Below, piece by piece: positions 22,141 to 34,704 of a stretch of DNA of 53,697 nucleotides (its first letter is position 1; the number at the start of each line of letters is the position of its first letter). Origin of the DNA: Salpingoeca rosetta (lineage: Eukaryota > Protista > Choanoflagellata); NCBI GenBank assembly GCA_033442325.1, contig JAWQFM010000015.1, positions 986,726-1,040,422 of the forward strand. The letters run 5' to 3'. Made by a program: the position numbers and the translations under genes. A model generated the notes under the pieces. That model made no database searches. It was given only the letters and a program-made list of their open reading frames with translations, and was not told the origin of the DNA.

Positions 22141-23261
22141 AAAAAAATACAAAGCCGCGCACACGTTCAAGCAAGGACGCACCTGTGCAGCTTGCCCTGC
22201 TGGTGGAGGTACTGCAGGGCCATGCATGCCTGTACGAGCCATTTGACGATGGTTGCTTCTGGAAACCGTTGTCGCGCCATGCGTTTGCGTTTGATTTGCG
22301 CCTGGAGGTCACCGCCCTGTCCATACTCCATCACGATGAACACGGTCCGTGAACCTTCCTGGAACACGTCAAAGTACCTGCAGCCGAGTGGGTGTGTGTT
22401 TGTGAGTTTGCGAGTTTGCGAGTTTGCGTGTGTGTGTGTGTGTGTATCTGTGTGTGTGTGTATCTGTGTGTCTGTCTGTGTATCTCTGTGTGTGTGTGTG
22501 TGTGTGTCTGTCTGTCTGTCTGTATCTGTGTGCACTGTGATGGCGTTGTTCCGCCATCTCAGGTTTTGTTTCGGTCAGTGCATCCGGTTTGTGCGTGGGA
22601 TGAATTAAACACGCACTGGATGATGTTGCGGTGGGAGACGCTGGCGTGGAACTTTGACTCCTTGATGGCTTCTTCCAAGTCTGCCTTGGTCTTGCATTTC
22701 ATTTCCTGAGACGAGAAGCAAGACGCATGGCGCCCATGAAGCAAACAAGACAGGCGGGTTGTGAGAACAGGACACGGGCAAAACTCGTTTTACGCTGGAC
22801 ACACGATGTTGCGTGAACAACCAGTAATGTGGACGAGCACACACTCACACCGGCGGGCGCAAGAGGCGAACCTTGGACGCACACAAACCGACAAGCACAT
22901 CCACACAGAGAGACACACGCACGCACACGCACGCAACACTCACGCACACACGCACACACACACACACATACTCACGCACACACGCACACACGCACACACG
23001 CACACGCACACGCACACGCAACACGCACACACACATACTCACGCACACACGCACACACGCACACACGCACACACGCACACACGCACACGCACACACACAC
23101 ACACACACACGCAAGCAAACACACAAGCAAACACACAAGCAAACACACGCACACACGCTGACCTTCATCACACATAGCTGGCGTGTGTCCTTGTTGCGAA
23201 CGAGAAAGGCCTTGCCGAAGGACCCGGCACCGAGCGTTCTCACACGCTCGTACTTCTCCAT
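19107..23261 (-). CDS. NIMA-related (NEK-family) Ser/Thr kinase with a long low-complexity C-terminal tail (5 exons)
   Basis: MEKYERVRTLGAGSFGKAFLV...VMK|E...SHRNIIQYF...IVMEYGQGGDL...LQYLHQQGKLHRDIKAGNLFL...IKLGDFGIARVL...GTPLTMAPE...DIWGIGCVLYEL...RPSA. All joins are GT-AG. The specific NEK orthologue cannot be determined by eye. Confidence 0.9.
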
Positions 23262-24341
23262 GCTGACGCCAATGGCTGGTGGTTTGCACACACGCACAAA
23301 TACACAGAGTCACAGCGCGGTGGCTGAACGCTGAAGACGTCTGGTGGAAGAAGCAAAGCAATCACACCGCAAGCACAATAGTCAGGACAGACCAGCAGCA
23401 GCAAGTGGCAAAACGTGATGTGAGCCTACACCAGAACCAAAACAGGCAAGGAGGTACGCCGTGGGAGTGGGTATGCGTGGTGGTGGTTTTGGTGGTGATG
23501 GGGTTGCGGTTGTGTCTTCAAGCAAAGCAACAGCAGTACAGCAACAGCAACAGCACAGAATGGGTAGTACACGCAGGCGCACACACAAATAAGCAAGTGG
23601 GCAGCACAACCGGACACAAGCGGACATCAAGATCAACATCAGCATGCAAACCGAACAGAGGTGCAGAGTTTTGTTTGTTCGCACCCACGCCACGCGCAGT
23701 TGTTAAGCGCCTACCGAAACAAAACAGTCGCGCACGAGGGCAAGTCCCTTCATTCGTTCAACTCCACGCGACGTGTACGAGTGGATGGTCAATGCAAGGC
23801 ACGGCCGCTGAGCTGGGGGTGTGTGTGTGTGTGTGAATGTGTGTGTTTGTGTTCAAATCGCCCGCGTCGTTCTTGCTTGTAGTTCTCTCTCCTCTTGCTT
23901 GTTGCGCGCTCTTCGTGGGTGGATGGATGAATGTGTGATTTGACAGAGGAGATGGCGCACCCGCGACAACGACGACGACAAGCAACAAAAGCAACGCACA
24001 ACGCACAACGCGCCGTTGGTCGCGGAGAGGAATGTTAGGGGGGAGGTGCGGGTGGTCGTGCGTTGCTGCTGCGCTTGTGCGAAAGCGCAAGCAACACAGC
24101 GATTGTCCCAACCATGACTGAAGCGAACATTGATCCGATGTTTATGCGAAGATGTTCGTGAAACGGCACGTTGGTATGAGTGAAATTCGTCAGGCTGGTG
24201 CATCGCGACGCAAGCAAAGCCGTTGGTGGCGTTTTGCTCTCAAAGAACACGACAAAACGTAGTGACAACGCACGCCTGGGAGTTTTTTTGTTGTTGTGTG
24301 TTTGTTTGTGTGTTGCACGTGTGTTTGGTTGTTGTTGTGCG

Positions 24342-24573
24342 ATGGCGGACAAGGTTGGCGATCGTGGCACTGGAACAGCAGAGGTGGAGATGAAGCACAG
24401 CGGCGATGAAGAGGAAGGGAGGAACAAGGCTGTTGTGGACACGGTGAACGCTGAAGAAGCAGAAAACGTGAAAAAAGACCCACAAGACGTTGTCGGCGAG
24501 GAGGAGGAGGATAATATTGATGATGATGATGATGATGATGATGGTGATGATGGTGATGATGAGGATGGTGATG

Positions 24574-24605
<32 letters not shown>

Positions 24606-25623
24606 GAAGATGATGATGATGATGATGGTGATGATGAAGATGATGATGACGAGACCCCAACCACTGCAACTACAACTGTGTGTGCGATGTGTGGTGCGGC
24701 GTGGAAGTACAGATGCCCGGCCTGCGGTACACTGTCGTGCTCGCTGCCGTGCGTGAAGGCGCACAAGAAGGAAACAGGGTGCACAGGTGTGCGCGCTCGC
24801 TCACAACCTGTCAAAGCCCGCGACAACCTCACCCAGGACGTTCTTTTCCAAGGTTTGACGCAGATTCATGACCTGCCACTTGCTACTTGTCGAGTTGCAC
24901 TTGACATATATGTGTGTGTGTTCCTGCGTGTGTGTCTGTGCATATGTGCGTGTGCGTGAGTATCTGTGTTGATAGTTGTGGGAGGGCAAGCAAACCCTCA
25001 ACTATTCAGGTCAATCAAGCCATTCAAAGAAGGCGACACACACACGCACGCGCGCGCACACACATGCGCACGCTCAACTTTATTGCGTCTTGCGTTTGCC
25101 CACATCCACGCGCACATGCATAACGTGCGTGATAGATTTTCGACTGTTGGAAGAGGCGCATCGACTGGTGGGATCTGCGAAGCGCGGTCCTCATTCACGC
25201 GACGCGCACGCGAGGCACTACGTAAGCGCGTGCACGTCACCTGCCTCCGTTGCAAGGCTGAATATGTTTGTCATTCCATGAGCCTGCATCACCACATTCA
25301 CACACACATACACACATACACACATACACACACATACACACAAAACACACACATACACACACACACACACTGGCACACAAGACACACTGGCACCACTCTC
25401 ACATGCACACGTACATAAACACGGCCCCTCTCTGGTCATGTGCCGCTGCACAATGGTGCAGAAGAAGCCACGCATCATCAAGGAAGCGCAGGCACGCGGT
25501 ATTGACCTGCGCCTCATGCCCGCCATGTTCAGCCGGCACTCCGAAAACACAACCTCCTTTGACTTCCGGTACGAGTGTGTATGTGTGCGCGTATGTGGGT
25601 GTGTGTGTGGGTGTGTGTGGGTG

Positions 25624-25654
<31 letters not shown>

Positions 25655-26257
25655 TGTGGCTGTATGGCTGCGGCGTGCCTGTGTCTCATGCACACACACA
25701 CACACGCATACACAAGTCGTTGCTGCTCACATCTCAACGTGCAATGTTCCAGCAAACGAACGATTCGTTGGCACATTGACTGGGTCTTTCCCGAAGCAGA
25801 TGTCTCATTTCCAGCCTGCAAGTGAGAGCAGCAATATGCGCTCGTCTGTATGTATGTATGTCTGTCTGTCTGTGTGCTTGTGCGTGTGAACGTCTGTGTC
25901 CATGTGCGTGTGTGTGTGTGTGTGGGTGTCCATGTGTGTGTGTGTGTGTGTGTGTGTGAACGCCTGTGTCCATGTGTGTGTGTGAGTGTGCTTGCTGCTG
26001 GTCAGCAGTGTGGAGCTACCAGTGTTTGGTATCTCTCTGCGTGTCCACTTACTTGCCATGCTTGCCTGTCTCTCCCACTTGTGCTGACATTTCCTTCAAA
26101 CCACTGCATTCCTCACCACCACCAACACCATCATCATTATCACCACCATCACCATCGCCACCGCCTTGCGGTTCAGATCCAGCGGTAAAGCGAAACTCCG
26201 CGTAGCTCTCGGCGCTTTTGTCGATCGCCGCCCAGACAATGCAGAACGCAGACACCG
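24342..26257 (+). CDS. ZNHIT6: Box C/D snoRNP assembly factor BCD1/ZNHIT6 (zf-HIT); 3' end missing, probably in the gap at 26342-26821
   Basis: Acidic N-terminus, then CAMCGAAWKYRCPACGTLSCSLPCVKAHKKETGCTGVR (zf-HIT), QDFRLLEE, GIDLRLMPAMFSRHSENTT, IRWHIDWVFP, AFVDRRPDNAERRHR. These match BCD1-family blocks. Five phase-consistent exons. Confidence 0.85.
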
Positions 26258-26279
26258 GTATGACTGTGTGTGTGTGTCT

Positions 26280-26319
<40 letters not shown>

Positions 26320-26969
26320 CGTCGTGTGTGTGTGTGTGTGTNNNNNNNNNNNNNNNNNNNNNNNNNNNNNNNNNNNNNNNNNNNNNNNNNNNNNNNNNNN
26401 NNNNNNNNNNNNNNNNNNNNNNNNNNNNNNNNNNNNNNNNNNNNNNNNNNNNNNNNNNNNNNNNNNNNNNNNNNNNNNNNNNNNNNNNNNNNNNNNNNNN
26501 NNNNNNNNNNNNNNNNNNNNNNNNNNNNNNNNNNNNNNNNNNNNNNNNNNNNNNNNNNNNNNNNNNNNNNNNNNNNNNNNNNNNNNNNNNNNNNNNNNNN
26601 NNNNNNNNNNNNNNNNNNNNNNNNNNNNNNNNNNNNNNNNNNNNNNNNNNNNNNNNNNNNNNNNNNNNNNNNNNNNNNNNNNNNNNNNNNNNNNNNNNNN
26701 NNNNNNNNNNNNNNNNNNNNNNNNNNNNNNNNNNNNNNNNNNNNNNNNNNNNNNNNNNNNNNNNNNNNNNNNNNNNNNNNNNNNNNNNNNNNNNNNNNNN
26801 NNNNNNNNNNNNNNNNNNNNNGTCCGTCTCCCAGAGGGGGATGTGTGTGAGTGCCTGTGTGTGTTAGTCTACATACGCCCAATCCTCTTGCCTCGGTATG
26901 CGTCATGTGGGTCCGTATGTCTGCCGGCCCTTTCGTCCTCTCTTTCTCTCAAACAGCTGTAACCACGAC

Positions 26970-26970
26970 C

Positions 26971-27068
<98 letters not shown>

Positions 27069-27069
27069 C
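26970..27069. repeat. (CAA)n tract
   Basis: Direct reading. Confidence 0.95.
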
Positions 27070-28994
27070 CTCAGACGAAGCAGCCCTTGCTGCCCACACC
27101 ACCAACCGCATAGCCGCACCACACACACACACACACACACACACCCTCTTTCCTTGTTTTGCTTGTAACTGCCTGGACACGTTGTGTCATAGTGTATATT
27201 GCTTCATCATATGTAAGGAATGAAAACGAAACACAGCACGCAGAGGTTTTTGAGAAACCACACAACACACGCGTGCAAGCATCTAACAGGCGAACAAACA
27301 GCCTCTCCAGGTGTTACACAACATCATCACAACTACACGTGCAGCAAATACAACAAACAATCGACACAAATAGAGACGGGTTCACCAGTGGGATCATCGA
27401 ACCGTCAAAGCAGGCAGCATCACAGCACGTCACGCAAGATAAGACAGAAAGAATCGACAAGACACGGCCCAGTGCCAGCGGCAACGGCGACAGCTGGCAC
27501 GGCCTGACACAACACTCTGACAACATGGGAAAAGAGAAAGCCGACAGCATGTAGCAAGTCAAACAGAGAACAGAGCCCCGTTGCCTGCAGGCACACATTG
27601 ACAGGCTTGTGGTGGCGGAATGAGGTCCTTGAGTGGAGAGAAGAAGAGGAAAGAGAAAGGAGGAGAAATGCTGTCCCAAAGCGTGGCACATGGCGCCCAC
27701 AATGGAAACGAAATGAGAAATGGAAACACAAAGTTCTAAAACTTCACAGCGTCACACTGTCACAACATCGTGTGGCATCGCTGTACACAGCAAAGCTGAT
27801 TGTCCAGGTTCAAGATGCAGTTGTAAGAGAGAGCAAACGATAGGCGTCCAAGGAACACTAATAGTACACGGTACGCGGTTCAGTACACACAACAGCAACA
27901 AACAACAAAGGGCTGAAATAATCAAAGATGGGGGCCGCTTCGAACTAACAAAAGCACGACCCCGCGGCTCGCGCAAACGTGGGGGTCACACACCCCACAT
28001 TCCAAGCACCGAGCTCACAACAATACGAAAAACACGGCTGACTAGTGGAGAGACGTACACGTAGTATCAAAGTCAGCGTGTCTATGTCAAACAAAACACC
28101 TATAGTCACACGGCCACACAGTGGCTGGAACAGATTGCAACACCAGGTTGCTCCTCGGGCGTGGCACAGGCCACCAGCAGTGTTGTTCACCAACACGGCA
28201 CAGCACACACACACACACAGAAAGAGAGAAATGCGCATGCGTTCGTCACTTCGCAGAAGTCGACGCAACACGTGCTGTCGTGCACAACCCAGCACCAGAG
28301 CACCAAGCAAAGCTGCTCACACCCGCGAGCCACACTACGCTCAGGTGAGCGCGCACGGGCACGGGGGTGCGATGCAGATGTGGTGACTTTGAGAAGAGAA
28401 GGGCAACACGAACAACACAGAGAGAAAACGCAAGCTGTTTGCCTTTCAAAGGCATTGCTGCGCGTGGCGGCAAACGAAACACAAATCACAACACGGAAAA
28501 ATCTAAACGGAGAGAACTACAACACCGCATTGCGGTCAGTCGCATATGGTCGACAGCGGCACGGGCCGCTCACAAGGAGGATGTCAAATCCCGTCACCAA
28601 CATAAAGGTTGAATTGGAGGCTACTAGATACTCAATAGGAATCGAAGAACAACTGAAAAAGCGGGAGAGTGGGGAGGAGGAAACTAACGGCTCGGGACAA
28701 GCCAGCGCCCAGACGCCCATCACAGAATGTGAAGGTGAAAGGGATGCAAGATTATATGGTGGAGGATGAAGGGGACACGGGAGAGCGCATCATCGTGACA
28801 TCCGAATGATAACGTCCCTGTCACTGCTCAACCTCAAGCACATGGTGTGCCACCTCTTGTGTTGCCTGCAATCAACACGGGAGTGGTATCACGGCGTGTG
28901 CTGCTATGCGCGCTGAACACCGCAACACAAAAACAGTCAGAGTTGCGATGCTGCGGCAAAGACGGTGTAGGGAAATTGGACCTTGGTGTAAGGG

Positions 28995-28998
28995 TTGC

Positions 28999-29044
<46 letters not shown>

Positions 29045-29046
29045 GC

Positions 29047-29115
<69 letters not shown>
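28995..29115. repeat. (TTG)n tract
   Basis: Direct reading. Confidence 0.95.
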
Positions 29116-30262
29116 CGTCGTCGTCATTGTCGTTGTCACGCACACTTGACGACCATCACGTGATCGTGGCGTGGTGTCATCTTGTTGTCTCATCCTGGTG
29201 TCTCGCATCGTCTCCGGTGCAGGAGATGACGATGGCTGCGGATTGAAGAGCGAAGCGGTTGTCCACAAGTTCTGCCGCCAGTGGGTCGATGCTGCTTTAG
29301 GTTGTGGCAGCATAGCACAAGCACGGAGGACGTGGATCATTGTAGACACCGCTGTCGTCGTTGTCGTTGTCGTTGTGGTCGCTGCAGTTGTCGCGGAAGA
29401 CGTTGTGCGTCTAACATAACGCGTCTAACGTATACATATGAACATGCGCGCGCGTCGGCTGATGACAGCCTACGCCCAACGTGCACATTAAAGATGGGCG
29501 TGTGTGCGCAACACATGTAACGAAGGAGAGGAGGGAGGAGGCTTGCGTGCGCGTGCAAGTGCTGTGCGTGTGGGTCTCCAAAGTGGGGATGCACAGCATC
29601 AGAGCACAACTGCGTGTCCAGACAACGTGCCAACCACGTTTGCCGAAGCACATGGAATATAAGAATGGGTCCATGTGGGTGGCACAGCACAACGTGGGGG
29701 CGGGCGCAATCGTGCCTGCAGCGTGGTGCCTGGCGAGAGGCGGAAAACAAGTGCTTGCAAGCAAGCTCCAGCAGCGAAAATAAGTTCTGGGGAAGTGCGG
29801 GGAGAGAGAGAGAGAGAGGAAGGGGGAGGGGCTCAGCTAGGTAGGGTCGAAGATCACGGGCAACTGGAAGCGGGAATCGCACAAGGGCACACGGGGCGTG
29901 TGAGGCGCAGCGGTAGTGATGGGTGGGTCTCACTCAACCAGGCACCCAGTCAGCCCTGACGGTCACACTGCTCTGTGCACGGTGGCGGCGGCAGCAGCAG
30001 CAACAATGTACACTGGAACAAGTCGGGGGGGGGGGGGTGAACCGCCTGGTTGGCGATTGCCAAAATGGTTTGCACCAATCGCCTCGGCGTGTCGGCGGAA
30101 ACGAGATGTGAGCAATGGCCGGAGGTGGGAGAGGCAACGAGGGGTTCTGGCACAGCCACGAAGAAGAAGGGATGCGTGAAGAAGAACAGCAAGCGCCACG
30201 GCAACAGCGTGACCGATGGTCGACCGCGTTATGCGTGGGCAAAGATGATATGAGATATGGCA

Positions 30263-30584
30263 TTACGAAGACGATGGAGGCATAAATGATCCCAAGTCGA
30301 GGTCCTCTACCGTGTCGAGTGCAGAGCCTTGCTGTTGCTGTTGCTGGTAGTGTTGTGGTTGCTGTTGGTATTGTTGTTGCTGTTGTGGTTGGTATTGTTG
30401 TGGCTGTTGTGGCTGTTGTGGTTGTTGTTGTGGCTGTTGTGGTTGTTGTTGGCGGCGCCGTTGCAACAGCGCAAGCATTGCTGACATGTCCAGGCTGCTT
30501 GGAAGTCCACTCAAGAGCGCGTTTGCGTGGCTGGAAGTGATGGCAGCAAGCGGTGCATCCATTTGCTCCGCGGAACCAATCGGC

Positions 30585-30617
<33 letters not shown>

Positions 30618-31045
30618 TGCATGGCAGGGGTTATGCTGGCTGCCTCAAGCTGAGTGCCTGTCTGCGCTGGAAAGACCGCGTTGCTCTCGTCCGGCACTGG
30701 CGCAAATTGCGGCTGGGGCTGCTGGTACTGTTGTTGCTGCTGCAATGATTGTGGTGGATACTGCTGAGCTGGCAGGGCCGGCGGGGGGTTGGTCAGCGGT
30801 ACCTGCGACGCAAACGAGGCCTGCTCTTGCTGCTGCTGCTGTTGCGGCTGTTGTTGAGCAAACACCAGCTGTTGGCTCGGATGCTGGGCAAAGTGCGACT
30901 GGGGCTGCTGCTGGTGTGGCAGTAGAAACGTTGGCTGTGCAGATGATGACGCCTGCGGCCTGGCGGGGAAACACGGTCCTGCAAAGGAATTCACGAGCGA
31001 TGCTGCTGCATCCTGCTGCTGCTGTTCCTGTGGCTCATACTGAGC

Positions 31046-31078
<33 letters not shown>

Positions 31079-31734
31079 AAGGTGTGCCGACAACTGATGA
31101 GCGTCCAGGGTAGCGTGAAGTTGTCGCAGCATGTCTGGCACAACAACAGGGCCAGAGCTGTGACTGGGTGCGAACGATTGTTGCTGTGCATACGTGTGTG
31201 CTTGTTGCGCTTGTTGTGCTTGTTGTGCTTGCTGTGCCTGGGCCAGCAGTGCATAAAACGCGTGCATTGCACTGTGACCACCACCCCCAGTACCAGTGTT
31301 CCTGCTGCTGCTGTTGTTGCTGCTGCTGCCTTGGTGGTAATTGTGCTGATGTTGATGTTGCTGGCCGCCAAAGGGCACAGCGACAGAGGCAGATGTTTGC
31401 AGCATTTGCATGATGTGCGCTCCCGTGGGTGCTTGTGCTGGCGCGGTTTGTGTTGCTGGGGCAGAAGTCACCACTGCTGGCTTGGTTGCTGCCAGGGCGC
31501 TTGGGTTACCAAAGTCCGCTTGGCCTGGCCCTGTCGGCGAATCGTGATTGGTGTTGGCAATGGCAACCGGGGCTGTCATGCCCGTGTTTGGGAACACCGC
31601 GTTCACAACAGCATCTGGGTGCAAGTCGACACTGCTCCGCGTCGTTCCCGGCGACTGCGATTGCGACTGCTGCTGCTGCTGCTGTTGTTGTTGTTGTTGG
31701 ATATGTTCCTGCAGCTGCTGCATGTGTTGCAGTC

Positions 31735-31771
<37 letters not shown>

Positions 31772-33229
31772 AAAGAATCGCTCAACGCTTTGGCGCCTTT
31801 GTTCTGCCTGTTGTTGCTGCTGTTGGAAGAACTGAAAGGGGTGCGCCATGTCTTGGTGCACGAGGGGCAGCGGAACAAGGCAGTCAGGCTGCAGTGGCAG
31901 GGGCTGCTGCTGCGGCTGCTGCTGCGGTTGCAGGTGTGGCGGCTGCGGTGGTGGTGGTGGTGTTGGCTGGCGTGATGTAAGCAAGTCCGCCGCGGGGCCG
32001 TTGCAGGCGCACACGCGCCAGTGCACCGGGGCAAACGGCTTCTGGCTGTTGCGGGGAAGGGCGCCTTGGCACTTTGCACACGGCGTGCAGTTGTGGGCAT
32101 CGCGCTCGTGCTTGTTGCGGTTGCCGGGGTTGCTGTAGGCCTTGTTGCACTCGCGGCAGACCTGCGTGTTGGTCTTGTTCTCGTGCACTGACTGCTGGTG
32201 GCGCTTGCGGGAGAAAGGGTTGACAAAGTACCGCCCACAGAGAGGGCACGGCACCCGCTTCTCCTTCTTCTTCTGCTTGGCGCTCATAGTTGCGCGGGCT
32301 TCGTCGGCGTTGACGTCAATGCTCTTGCTCCGCCGGCGATTCCTGGGGTTGTTGACGCGTTTGGGGGCACCGCCACGTGCAGCCGCATGGCCTGGCGCCC
32401 TCGCTGGCCCACGACCGCGCTTGGGGCCTGCCTTCTTCCTGCCCATTCCCGAGCCCCGCACCTGCTTACGCGGGCTTGGGCTCTGGTGTTGCACGGGCGT
32501 GGCAGCGGTGACGGGGATGGTGTTGTACATGTACAGCTGCGGGTGCACCTGGCCATCGTCCCCCTGGTTGCGGGGATGAGGCATGGGCGCTGCGAAGTGC
32601 TCGCCGCCGCCGTCCACGCTGTCGCTTCTGTAGCTGGCGTCATCTTGTTCGTCGTTGTTGCTGCTGGGCCCGGGGCCGCCACCGCGAACACGGGCGGCGC
32701 TGGTGGTGGCGTTGTGGGCGCTTCTCCCACGGGCGCCATCAGTATCAAGGTCGGCGTCACCGTCAGCATCGTCATCGTCGTCGTCATCGCTGCCGTACTG
32801 CTGGCTGCTGACGTGCGGGTGTCTGCGCGGATGGCGACCATCGCCACCGTCGTCGCTGTCGCCGTTGCTGTTGCGCTTGTGGCCGCCGCCACCACCGCCA
32901 CCGCTGCCAGCACCGCTGCTGCCAGCGCCAGTGCCACCGTGATGACCACCACCGTGGCCACCGCCGCTGCCAGAGCCGCTGCCGCCTGGGTAGGCACCGT
33001 GGCCACCACCGGCGCTGCTGGTGTGTTGCTGGCCTCTTCCACCAGTACCGCCACCGCCGTGTTGGTGGGGCCCGTGGCTGGCGACTGTTTGCTGCAGTTC
33101 GCTCGCAGCAGGCGAGGCTTGGGCGCGCATGCTCGGGTGTGTCTGCGGCATGGTGAGGAGTGGGGTGTCCCCTGCCTCCGGCGAGCGCTGGGAGGCGAAG
33201 GACGATGACGGCGACGTGGCAGCCACCAC

Positions 33230-33316
<87 letters not shown>

Positions 33317-33755
33317 CTGTTGCTGTTGTGGTGGCGAGCAGACGGGCGTTGTGCCTGTGTCGTCGGTGAAGAAGGTGCTGTCCGTACCGGCAGACAAGGG
33401 CCCAAGCGGATGCTGGTGTTGGTGTTGTCGTTGCCTGTGTTGCTGGTGCTGCTGCTCTGCTTGCTCGGGCGACAGGTAGTAGTGTGTACCTGGCGGAGAC
33501 GAGGCAGACGACAGCCGCGGATGCGTAGCAAGAGGAGACGCTAGGACCTTGTGGTGGCGCTGTTGCTGCTGTGCTTCATTGGATTGGCGCATGGTTGTGC
33601 AAATCATGAAATGGCCAAGCTCTTGCAGCTGTTGTGGATGCTGCTGCTGCTGGCTTTGCTGGGGCAGATCAAGTGGAGAGAGCGGTGGGGTTGGGCTGCT
33701 GTTGTGCGCCACCGAACCGCCTCCAACACGATTGTGAGTGAAGGAAACAAGCGGG

Positions 33756-33789
<34 letters not shown>

Positions 33790-33928
33790 TCTGATTTGCG
33801 GCTGATCCTGACGAGGACGACGAGAACGACGAAGCCAGGGATGCTGCTGTTGTTGCTGTGCTGTGAGGAGAGGGTGCGAGTGCACCTTGCCCTTGCTGAG
33901 CCCGGTGGGATCGGGACACAGAGTCCAT
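30263..33928 (-). CDS. Intronless 1221-aa C2H2 zinc-finger protein with Q/S/G-rich regions, probable transcription factor
   Basis: Uninterrupted 3.67-kb ORF. Two C2H2 fingers, CPLCGRYFVNPFSRKRHQQSVH and CRECNKAYSNPGNRNKHERDAH, are preceded by basic NLS-like stretches. Confidence 0.8.
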
Positions 33929-33979
33929 GACGAAACTGCCGATTGACCAGTAGTTGAACGAGTCAAGGGGTGTTGCTGG

Positions 33980-34088
33980 TTGGCGGGCTGGTTGGCGGGT
34001 TGGTTGGTTGGTACGTGAATTGGTCGTGGAGTAGCTGGCTGATGAGGCGGGGGAAAAACCTCCAGATCAAATCAATAACAGCGGGAAA
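33980..34088. promoter_or_regulatory. Cluster of E2F-like cores upstream of the C2H2 gene
   Basis: TTGGCGGG at 33980 and 33992, GGCGGGGGAAAAA at 34046, and GCGGGAAA (reverse complement TTTCCCGC) at 34081, 50-160 bp upstream of the ATG. Confidence 0.35.
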
Positions 34089-34575
34089 ACCCTCAACAAA
34101 CCGAAAAAAAAAAATCAGTTAGGCTGAGGGGTTTTGTGCTTGCAGGCACGCTGTAGTTGGACGGACGGTGTGGGTGTCGTAGGTTTTGGTGTTCAAAATT
34201 GGAGTGGGACGGTCCGGTGAAGTGCGAAGATAATGGCCGCTTGCGGCTTGGTGAGGGTGAGTAAGAGCTGCTCAAAGGAGGCACTGCCTCAGGACCCAAC
34301 GCAGTTGGTTGCAACTCTCACAAGTCCCGTAGGGATGACAAAAGGAGTGATACGGCGTTTCCGGCCTGTGCAAGAGGGGCGAGGGGGGAATGAAGGTCAG
34401 AGAATGGTGGTGGTGGGAGTGTTGGAAACAAGGTAGGTGAGTAAAGGGGAGAGGGGAGGGAGGAGGAGTGAGGGCGGGACGAAAGGGAGAAAAGGAAACG
34501 TCAAGGAGACGGCATGTGCATGCGTGGTGTGTGTGTTGTGGGGTGGGGGGACGTTGGACTGGACCCCTTTTCCGC

Positions 34576-34704
<129 letters not shown>

